NCBI GenBank assembly: GCA_030705695.1
Contig: JAUZPX010000001.1
Location: forward strand, 1-53,467
Length of the DNA: 53,467 nucleotides
DNA from: Bacillota bacterium
GTDB lineage: Bacteria; Bacillota; Clostridia; Oscillospirales; Acutalibacteraceae
Direction: 5' to 3'
The notes beneath the pieces are model-generated. The model made no database searches, was not told the DNA's origin, and worked only from the letters and a program-made list of their open reading frames with translations. Within the stretch, counting starts at the first letter, position 1; each line of letters starts with the position of its first letter. Below are positions 46,565 through 53,467 of this stretch, piece by piece. The position numbers were made by a program, and so were the translations under genes.

Positions 46565-49219
46565 TTACGGCAACTGAATCATTGGTGCTACAAGAGATGC
46601 AAAAGCCCAAAGTGCCATATAACCAAATAACTCAATGTCGCCTAAATGACTTATGTTTGAATTAAATGCAATAAGAATAACAAATAACAACCCAATAATC
46701 ACAGCAATCAATTGAATGATAATAACAATAGACGTGTTGCTCCTCATTTTCACACAACCTGAAATCACACGTAAAAGCGATGTAATCTTCCCTTTTGTAA
46801 CTATATATGCTTTATCTTCTTCGGTTCTTTGCGTCATAACTTCTTCACAAGCATTTCCAAGCCCTGTTGGAAGAACTTTAACACTACGGAAAAAGATACC
46901 GAAATCCTTTGCTATTTGCTCTCCTGTGATATTGCAATCCGTTGTTCTCACAAGCAGGCTCAATCCGTTATATTCGGCACGCTGACATTCACGAACAACA
47001 TAGAGATTTGCTCTGTAAGTCACTGAAAAAACCGCTATAAGCTGACCTGAATGAGCGAGGAAAACCGTCTGTTTTCCTTCTTTTTTGTTTAACTTTTCAA
47101 GATTTGAGTCAGGTACTTCAACACCATAGGAATCCAAAAGATTACGAGTGCCAATAAGAACACGTTCTCCTGCAATCCATCCAACAAGCCCCAATGTATC
47201 TTCGTACATTACGCTTTCAACTTTGGGCAATAAACTTTTATTTTTTTCAATAATATCGTCAAAAACCATAACCATTGGGTTGCCGGCTTCTTTCATAATT
47301 GCAGCCGCTGCCAACATAGATTCTTCTATTCTTACTGAATTAAATGTTTTAACGTTATTTAAAATTATTGAACCTTTAGGATACAACTCACGGCTATCCA
47401 TCATCACAGCAGTGGCAGCACCGAATTGCTTTACACTTGGAAATCCCGTAAGCATAGCGCCAGAAGTCAGGGTCTTTTTGCATAAACGGCGCATAGATGC
47501 ATTGACAGAAAGCAAACTGCCGGCAGGTACAGAAACCGCTGCAACAACTGCGGCAATAGAAACAGCGCCAAAAACATCCTTGTTTATTACACCGTAAACA
47601 ATACCAACAACAAGTGACAATGTTGCAGTAATCGGGGCAATTTTAGCCGCCAATTCTTCACTTGGATCCGGAGCATAAGATATTTTTAAGAAATTCTTGA
47701 AAAATCCGCTTCTCTGCTGATAAACTATAATCGGATTTTCTACCGTCGTCCCGCTTATCATTTTGCGTGCAATATCGTCTTTTTCATAGATTTTTGCAGC
47801 AGATTTCTCTCCCTTTGAAGATAAAAACTTAAAGTTATCTCTTACACGATTTACTAAAAACATTTTTCCCAATGAATTCAAGAAAAATGCAAAAATAGCC
47901 AACAAGCCGAAAAGATGTAATTGTGTCTGATAAAACGGCAACGGTGAAAACAATGAAATAATAGACTGAAAAAACGCCAAAACTCCAAGAACTGCCACAG
48001 AAGTGTCGGAGTTTCCTTTGAATTTTCTAAGCTTGCTCAACCCATTAATTACTGTCATGCTGCAAATAGCCATGGCCACAAGAATTAATGCAAAATTAAT
48101 AAAGCAAAAAATTATTGCATCCGAACTTGAATTCATATTATCAGCATTCAAATTTGAACGATGCGAAATATTAACAATAAGCGAACCCAAAAGTAAAATC
48201 GTTAAAACAGTATTGCGAAAAAAGATTTTTTTAATGTTTGAACCAATTTCATTCATTACAGAACGAGAATCCTCAGGCTTTTCATAATCCTCAAGAGTTA
48301 CCGTTTTTTCATAATTGTTTTGCTTTGCAACATGTTCTTCCTCTTCGCCGTTGTTTGCAAACATTCTGAAAATTCCATTGAGAACTGATTTAGCCAAAGG
48401 CTGTTTCTCTTCAGAATCCACTGTAACAATTTCCTCTTTTTCCTGAGGAATATTTCGCTTGCTGTCTGTTGTTATATAAACATGCTTGATTTTTTTATAT
48501 GTTTTGTATTCTTCCCTAACGACTTGAGAGAACTTTCCTGCTTTTACGTTAAGAATGTTGACGTCGCTGTCATGAACATATATAGGCACCTTAGAATCGG
48601 CAGACACATCGCTGATTACTGGTTCAGGCTTTCCAAAACGCTTTTCATAACTTGAAAGCACATCATCTTGACCTAGCTGCCCAGCAAAATCGAAAGTCGG
48701 TTCCAACTGAGGTTTGTCCTCATTTATGACATTTGGTTTCGGTTCTGTTTTTGGTTTGTCAAGATCCAATGGAGCCTGATTAATCAGCCTTGGTTCTTTG
48801 CTTTTATTGCTGAATATTTCCTCCATTGGTTTCTCTTTTGCTTTTTTATGACGTTCTTTAGAAACCCCGAAATATTCTTTAAATTCCTTTTCATCCTGCT
48901 CTTTTTCTCTTCGTGCCTTTTCTCTTAAAGCCTTTTCCTTTAGCGCAATCTCTTGTCGCTCTTTCTCAAGGCGTTCTTCTTCAACACGCTGCTGTTCACG
49001 AAGAGCTTGTTCGATTCGCTCTTTTACTTGCAGTTCTTCTTCTTGTTTTGCTTTTTGTTCTTGCTCTAAACGTTCTTTTTCAAGGCATTCCTGTTCAAAC
49101 TTCTCTTTTTCAAGACGTTCCTGCTCCAGGCGCTCTTTTTCTTTGAGGTCTTTGTAATGCAACTCTCTGGATTCTTTTAAAATTGCATCGATTTCCGTTT
49201 CTCTTTTATTATCGCCCAT
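46565..49219 (-). CDS. Membrane protein homologous to P1B-type ATPases but lacking all catalytic motifs, with an N-terminal charged repeat domain
   Basis: 884 aa. Residues ~20-118 are E/K/R/L/Q repeats, followed by about 8 TM segments. A P-type-like cytoplasmic domain carries DSREL in place of DKTGT, VPA in place of CPC, TTDC in place of TGDN, and VTKGKITS in place of GDGxNDAP. Confidence 0.6.
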   Translation of the reverse strand: MGDNKRETEIDAILKESRELHYKDLKEKERLEQERLEKEKFEQECLEKERLEQEQKAKQEEELQVKERIEQALREQQRVEEERLEKERQEIALKEKALREKARREKEQDEKEFKEYFGVSKERHKKAKEKPMEEIFSNKSKEPRLINQAPLDLDKPKTEPKPNVINEDKPQLEPTFDFAGQLGQDDVLSSYEKRFGKPEPVISDVSADSKVPIYVHDSDVNILNVKAGKFSQVVREEYKTYKKIKHVYITTDSKRNIPQEKEEIVTVDSEEKQPLAKSVLNGIFRMFANNGEEEEHVAKQNNYEKTVTLEDYEKPEDSRSVMNEIGSNIKKIFFRNTVLTILLLGSLIVNISHRSNLNADNMNSSSDAIIFCFINFALILVAMAICSMTVINGLSKLRKFKGNSDTSVAVLGVLAFFQSIISLFSPLPFYQTQLHLFGLLAIFAFFLNSLGKMFLVNRVRDNFKFLSSKGEKSAAKIYEKDDIARKMISGTTVENPIIVYQQRSGFFKNFLKISYAPDPSEELAAKIAPITATLSLVVGIVYGVINKDVFGAVSIAAVVAAVSVPAGSLLSVNASMRRLCKKTLTSGAMLTGFPSVKQFGAATAVMMDSRELYPKGSIILNNVKTFNSVRIEESMLAAAAIMKEAGNPMVMVFDDIIEKNKSLLPKVESVMYEDTLGLVGWIAGERVLIGTRNLLDSYGVEVPDSNLEKLNKKEGKQTVFLAHSGQLIAVFSVTYRANLYVVRECQRAEYNGLSLLVRTTDCNITGEQIAKDFGIFFRSVKVLPTGLGNACEEVMTQRTEEDKAYIVTKGKITSLLRVISGCVKMRSNTSIVIIIQLIAVIIGLLFVILIAFNSNISHLGDIELFGYMALWAFASLVAPMIQLP
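48868..49153 (-). repeat. Low-complexity coding repeats (KERLEQE-type) within the 46565-49219 gene
   Basis: The translation reads KEKERLEQERLEKEKFEQECLEKERLEQEQKAKQEEELQVKERIEQALREQQRVEEERLEKERQEIALKEKALREKARREKEQDEKE. Confidence 0.7.
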
Positions 49220-49266
49220 AAAAGTGCATTCTCCCCTTTCGGCAAAACACCTTAATTTTTGAAAAT

Positions 49267-49426
49267 TATAGTCGATTAACTTGAAAAGTGTACTTGGATT
49301 TGCGAGGCAATTTTTTGATGCGCAAGGCGGAGTAGGATGGAATCCTGTCGGATTCCGACGAGGACAACACAGCGCAACAGAAAATTGACCGCTAAGGCTG
49401 TACAGTTTTTAGGTTAATTGACTATA
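49267..49426 (+). mobile_element. MITE-like repeat, copy B (about 160 nt)
   Basis: Same orientation as copy A, with ends TATAGTCGATTAACTTGAAAA / TATAGTCAATTAACCTAAAAA. It differs from copy A by about 14 substitutions and one 1-nt indel. The hairpin loop differs (TGTC versus TTTC) while the stems are kept. Its right end supplies the last 5 codons and the stop of rlmB. Confidence 0.75.
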
Positions 49427-50176
49427 TGTGCGCTGATAAGCAAACTCATAAAGCAAAATACCTGCAGCAACAGAAGCATTAAGTGAATTTATATTTCCTT
49501 TAAGCGGAAGCGATAAAACAATATCGCATTTTTCTTTAATCAGGCGGCCGATACCTTTTCCTTCATTTCCGATAACAACAGCAGCAGCGCCTTTTAAATC
49601 GCATTTTTTATAATCTTCTCCGCCCATATCGGCTCCATAGATCCAAACGCCTTTTTTCTTAAGTTCATCGATTGTACTGGCTAAATTAGTTACTCTTACA
49701 ACAGGCATATATGCTAAGGCACCAGCAGATGCCTTATAAACTGTAAAAGTTAAGCCAGCACCATGACGCTTTAGAATAATAACTCCATGAGCACCTGCAC
49801 ATTCTGCCGTCCTAATAATTGCACCTAAATTATGCGGATCCTCGATTTCATCAAGAATCACAATAAGAGGTGGTTCATTTTTTTCGGCAGCTTTGGCAAA
49901 AATATCGTCAATAGAGGAATATTCAGCGTATGCGCAAACTGCAATCACGCCTTGATGCGACCCATGATTGCACATAAAGTCTAGCTTTTTTGTATCGACT
50001 TCTTTTATCGGAATACCTTTTTCTTTGGCTTTCGCAAGAAGTACGGAAAGCGATCCTTTTGTACTGCCCCTGGCAATCAAAATAGAATCAATATTACGTC
50101 CGCTTTTAAACGCTTCCGTAACACAATTTCTTCCGATAATAATATCCTGAAAGGAACGCTCTTGTTTTTCCTCCAT
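49409..50176 (-). CDS. rlmB: 23S rRNA (guanosine-2'-O)-methyltransferase RlmB (SpoU/TrmH family)
   Basis: N-terminal SpoU_sub_bind-like region and SPOUT motifs (LDEIEDPHNLGAIIRTAECAG, VIGNEGKGI, SLNASVAAGILLYE). The ATG at 50176 has an SD (AAAGGG), and the upstream AT-rich extension in the track is unlikely. Confidence 0.85.
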   Translation of the reverse strand: MEEKQERSFQDIIIGRNCVTEAFKSGRNIDSILIARGSTKGSLSVLLAKAKEKGIPIKEVDTKKLDFMCNHGSHQGVIAVCAYAEYSSIDDIFAKAAEKNEPPLIVILDEIEDPHNLGAIIRTAECAGAHGVIILKRHGAGLTFTVYKASAGALAYMPVVRVTNLASTIDELKKKGVWIYGADMGGEDYKKCDLKGAAAVVIGNEGKGIGRLIKEKCDIVLSLPLKGNINSLNASVAAGILLYEFAYQRTYSQLT

Positions 50177-50271
50177 ATTGTACCCTTTCGCTATAAAAAC
50201 ATTTTTATATATTAAATATTGTATCATATTATAGCGAATAAAAAAACATTTTTTTAATTTTTTATAAAAAA

Positions 50272-50805
50272 TCATCGAATTCCGTAATGTCCTGTAACAG
50301 CATCACGAAACAGCCCGATTTGAGGCGGAGCTACCGAAAAGCAAATGTACATTGCCAAGAAAAGCACAAGCAAAAAAAGCGATAGCACAAAAAAATCGTC
50401 AATATTTTTAAAATTTATAATAATCTTATAAGACGACATATATGCCGCTGCTACTGCAATAGAAATAAAGATCATTTCAACAACGAACGAAATACTGCCA
50501 ACAATAGAAGTATAAAGGCTTAAACATGAAACAGAAATAATAATAAAAACATAAAGCGAAAGTATCTTTGACACAACAAAGTGTCTAAACGGAAGTCTCA
50601 TACGTGCATATGTAATAACTGTCCAAAACAGATATGGCATTGCAAAGATTTTAACATGTTCCCAAATGCTTTCATTAACACTTCCAAATAAAATACTCCA
50701 CATTGCTTTATTTGAAAAGCCGTAGGAGAAATGCAGTATAATACCTAAAAACAGCGTTACAAAAAATCCGATTTTCTCCATTTTTTTAAGATGATTGTAT
50801 GACAA
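50272..50805 (-). CDS. Polytopic membrane protein of unknown function
   Basis: 177 aa with about 5 TM helices and a NESIWEHVKIF motif. TTG start with a GGGGAGGG SD. Confidence 0.55.
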   Translation of the reverse strand: MSYNHLKKMEKIGFFVTLFLGIILHFSYGFSNKAMWSILFGSVNESIWEHVKIFAMPYLFWTVITYARMRLPFRHFVVSKILSLYVFIIISVSCLSLYTSIVGSISFVVEMIFISIAVAAAYMSSYKIIINFKNIDDFFVLSLFLLVLFLAMYICFSVAPPQIGLFRDAVTGHYGIR

Positions 50806-50943
50806 AAAAATCCCTCCCCAAAATATTAGGAAGGCTTAATAGTTGATTAACTTAAAAAGCCGCTTCCTCACAAAAATATATGAGAAAGCAGGCTTAATTA
50901 TTTTGTTAATAATATCTATTGATAAAACAATATAGGATTTTAG

Positions 50944-51204
50944 CTAAACATATAAAAGCAATGCACTTATAATTGCACCAACCACTGCTGCAGCGCCTAA
51001 TCGTAAAAACCAGTATAAAAACATACTGCTTTTCTTTAAACATGATGGCGATTGCATATCATTTAGCACTTGTTTTGCTTCCCGTTCTAACACGGCACGC
51101 TGTACCCCTGCATATTCAGGCCGTACCACAAGCAATGCACGTTCATAATACATATTTCCAGTATCAATAATTTCAATAATTTGACGATTTATTCCTCGAA
51201 CCAA
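50944..51204 (-). CDS. Small C-terminally membrane-anchored hypothetical protein
   Basis: 86 aa with a soluble N-terminal ~55 aa (MVRGINRQIIEIIDTGNMYYERALL) and a single C-terminal TM segment. Confidence 0.5.
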   Translation of the reverse strand: MVRGINRQIIEIIDTGNMYYERALLVVRPEYAGVQRAVLEREAKQVLNDMQSPSCLKKSSMFLYWFLRLGAAAVVGAIISALLLYV

Positions 51205-51532
51205 AACAATTCACATCCTTTCTTGTTTCCTGTTAATTATTGGCATTTTTAATTACATTTATTCAATCGTCCTAGTACCATATTATTCATTTAAAGAATT
51301 ATACGTGACGTAAATTGTTTTTTCGGAAGATTTATGTGGAAAACTATGTGGAAACCATCAAAAGATTTTGCTTAAATTGTGTTATTTAGTCTCAAAACTT
51401 TCAATATAGAAAAAAATGTTTTCAACAATGGCAAGAATTAGCAAATTAAAAAAATAACAAATGGTATTTAGATTGAAAAATTTATCGTAATGATTTAACA
51501 AAAAAAATAGCCGAGCATTATGCTCGGCTTAA

Positions 51533-52063
51533 TTAATAATATATTTGATTTAAAAACTGTACGGATAAAAAACCGCATATCAATCCTAGTAACATTCCAA
51601 CGATAACATCTGTTAAATAATGCACTCGCAAATATAAACGAGAAAATCCTATAAGAGTCGCATAAATTAATACAGGTATTGCAATGTATAAGGGACATTT
51701 TAGCATTACTGCCGCTGCAATAGAAAAACTTGCGGCTGTATGGCCCGAGGGAAAAGAATAGTATCTTGGATGTTTTACTATCATATCTTCTTCTTGAATA
51801 TAATGGCTTGGCCGTGTTCTGCATACAATATGCTTAATAATCACTTCCCCGATTATATGTACCAGAGCCATAGCAATAATCAGATTGATTCCTGTCCGTT
51901 GCCATTTTGATACAAAAAGGAAAGGTAAGATAAATAAAATCCATACTAATCCGTTGTTACCGGATTTTGAAATATAAATCATTATTTGATTTCTTCGTTT
52001 TGAATAAAGCTTTGGAATAGCAGCGATTACTCGCTCATCAATACTCAGAATCCTTTGAAACAT
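51533..52063 (-). CDS. PAP2-family phosphatase (undecaprenyl-diphosphatase/BcrC-like)
   Basis: Acid-phosphatase motifs are present: KHIVCRTRP, FPSGHTA and SRLYLRVHYLTDV. Confidence 0.85.
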   Translation of the reverse strand: MFQRILSIDERVIAAIPKLYSKRRNQIMIYISKSGNNGLVWILFILPFLFVSKWQRTGINLIIAMALVHIIGEVIIKHIVCRTRPSHYIQEEDMIVKHPRYYSFPSGHTAASFSIAAAVMLKCPLYIAIPVLIYATLIGFSRLYLRVHYLTDVIVGMLLGLICGFLSVQFLNQIYY

Positions 52064-52203
52064 TGGCTTCTCTCCAAAAACAATTAACTTTATACTCAGC
52101 TTAACTCACTATTTGAGTAAATTATATCACAGTTTTTTAAGAAAAGGTAGAGTTTTTCAGAAATTTGCTTTTTCTATGTCATATTAAAATTTACCATAAA
52201 AAT

Positions 52204-53232
52204 TTAAAAACAGCGACCGTTTGCTTTTTTTTCACAGTTAGCTTTATTGCAACGATAGCAAATTTCATTTTTTAAAGGCTGACTATTGAAATATTCATTT
52301 AGATTTTCAATTGTAACTTTTGCAATTTCGTTCAGTGCTTCTTCTGTTAAAAACGCTTGATGAGATGTAATAATAACATTCGGCAAGGAAATAAGCATGG
52401 CGAGGGTATCATCGCGAATAATCTCATTTGAAAAGTCTTCAAAAAAGACCTCGGACTCTTCCTCATAAACATCAAGAGCAGCACCGCCGATTTTACCGCT
52501 TTTTAAATTTTTTAAAAGCGCTTCACTGTCAATCAAAGCTCCGCGAGATGTGTTAATCAAATAAACATTATCCTTCATTTTTCCAATAGATTCTTCGTTT
52601 ATTATATGGTAAGTATCTTTCGTAAGCGGGCAATGCAAAGAAATAATGTCCGACTTTGAAAAAAGCTCGTCCAATCCAACATATTGAACATCAATTTTTG
52701 CAGGATAAGGGTCATACGCCAAAACATTCATGCCGAAACCTTTGCAAATCTCAATGAAAATTTGTCCGATTTTTCCTGTACCGATTACTCCGATAGTTTT
52801 ACCAAAGAGGTCAAAACCTGTGAGCCCGTTTAAGCTAAAATTAAAATCACGTGTACGGTGTGTAGCACGATGTAGCTTTCTGTTTACCGCCAAAAGCAGT
52901 GCCATTGCGTGCTCTGCCACTGCATGGGGTGAGTACGCCGGTACTGTAACAACATGAACTTTATTAAGCGCTGCCTCAAAATCAACATTGTTATATCCTG
53001 CACAACGCAAAGCAATTATTTTTATACCAAGCTCACTCAAAATATCAATCGTTTCTTTGCTAATTACATCATTTACAAATGCACAAACAGCATCACAGCC
53101 TTTTGCCATATAAGCGGTATCGGGATTAAGCCGATATTCAATATACTTAATATTGAAATCATTTTGCTCTTTTAAGTCGTCAAAGCCTTTTTTGTCATAT
53201 GGCTTCGTATCAAAAAAAGCAATTTTTTTCAT
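52204..53232 (-). CDS. ldhA: D-isomer-specific 2-hydroxyacid dehydrogenase (D-lactate dehydrogenase-like)
   Basis: MKIAFFDTKPYD start, NAD-binding GVIGTGKIGQ, and a catalytic R...E...H layout (NTSRGALID, SHQAFLT). The C-terminal ~20 aa form an extra Cys-rich tail. Confidence 0.8.
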   Translation of the reverse strand: MKKIAFFDTKPYDKKGFDDLKEQNDFNIKYIEYRLNPDTAYMAKGCDAVCAFVNDVISKETIDILSELGIKIIALRCAGYNNVDFEAALNKVHVVTVPAYSPHAVAEHAMALLLAVNRKLHRATHRTRDFNFSLNGLTGFDLFGKTIGVIGTGKIGQIFIEICKGFGMNVLAYDPYPAKIDVQYVGLDELFSKSDIISLHCPLTKDTYHIINEESIGKMKDNVYLINTSRGALIDSEALLKNLKSGKIGGAALDVYEEESEVFFEDFSNEIIRDDTLAMLISLPNVIITSHQAFLTEEALNEIAKVTIENLNEYFNSQPLKNEICYRCNKANCEKKANGRCF

Positions 53233-53246
53233 AGAATCACATCTTT

Positions 53247-53467
53247 CTACTCAGATACGAAATGCACAAGGTGCGCAATACCCGGAATGCTTTCCCCCTG
53301 CTGGCAGGATGTTGGCGACATAAGCGCTCCTGTTGCTACAAAAAGTATACTTTTTAATTTACCATTTTGCAAGTCATTTAATATATATGAACATAAAACA
53401 CTCGCACCGCATCCACATCCAGAACCACCTGCATGTGTATCCTGCTCTTTGAGGTCAAAAATCAATA
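53247..53467 (-). CDS. spoVAD: Stage V sporulation protein AD (C-terminal part; the 5' end lies beyond the right window edge)
   Basis: HAGGSGCGCGASVL and ILFVATGALMSPTS are characteristic of the thiolase-like SpoVAD C-terminus. Confidence 0.8.
   Translation of the reverse strand, partial: LIFDLKEQDTHAGGSGCGCGASVLCSYILNDLQNGKLKSILFVATGALMSPTSCQQGESIPGIAHLVHFVSE

Noticed and set aside
48868-49153. Repetitive DNA that could be mistaken for a CRISPR-like or tandem-repeat array
   Set aside because: The repeats are imperfect and in frame, and they encode a Glu/Lys/Arg/Leu-rich protein segment inside a long ORF. There is no constant repeat/spacer structure. No CRISPR array is present in the window.
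50826-50870. Hairpin-like sequence AGGAAG...CTTCCT around a TIR-like 22-mer between the 86-aa gene and the membrane-protein gene
   Set aside because: As a terminator it is weak: a 6-bp stem, a 26-nt loop and a poor T-run. As a repeat it matches only one terminus of the MITE-like element. It is mentioned under the MITE finding but is not annotated as a feature.
51495-51824. 109-aa alternative-frame ORF overlapping the PAP2 phosphatase gene
   Set aside because: It is on the same strand in a different frame. The PAP2 frame carries all three acid-phosphatase motifs, so this is a spurious overlap.
52204-52265. Cys-rich C-terminal tail (ICYRCNKANCEKKANGRCF) on the D-2-hydroxyacid dehydrogenase
   Set aside because: It is unusual-looking. 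Without an alignment I cannot tell whether it is a conserved extension or simple read-through to the next stop, so the evidence is too weak for a finding.

Overview
This window is chromosomal DNA from a low-GC, spore-forming Firmicute. By gene content it looks like a Clostridia or Oscillospiraceae-type organism, but that is an inference. Most of it is housekeeping. The left end carries a dcw cell-wall/division cluster on the minus strand (murG, ftsW, mraY, class B PBP, ftsL, rsmH, mraZ) with a recognisable promoter and MraZ-box array. This is followed by coaD, rsmD, uvrC, ptsH, trmD and rimM on the minus strand. Next comes mreBCD, PBP2, minD, mgsA, hisS and aspS on the plus strand. The right part carries mpg, a Trp T-box controlling a stand-alone trpB2, spmAB, an AbrB-like regulator, tRNA-Gly(GCC), dnaD/dnaI-type helicase-loader genes, an amidase, rpe, rlmB, a PAP2 phosphatase, a D-2-hydroxyacid dehydrogenase and the 3' end of spoVAD. 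The stand-out region is 23891-34538. It is a compact block of 16 tightly translationally coupled minus-strand genes. It encodes a complete phage head and DNA-packaging set plus a Mu/PBSX-type baseplate set. I cannot find recognisable tail tube, sheath, tape measure, fibre, lysis, integrase, replication or regulator genes in it. It sits between aspS and mpg with no visible att repeats. I read it as a candidate domesticated (GTA-like or short-stub) particle locus, or alternatively a deleted prophage. Other points of interest: two copies about 90% identical of a roughly 160-nt element with terminal inverted repeats (MITE-like); a P1B-type ATPase homologue with every catalytic motif replaced and a highly charged repeat N-terminus; a degenerate Mur-ligase middle-domain relic in the murE/murF slot of the dcw cluster; and a Cys-rich small protein. 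No CRISPR array or rRNA gene was seen. All homology statements come from reading motifs by eye; no searches were run.
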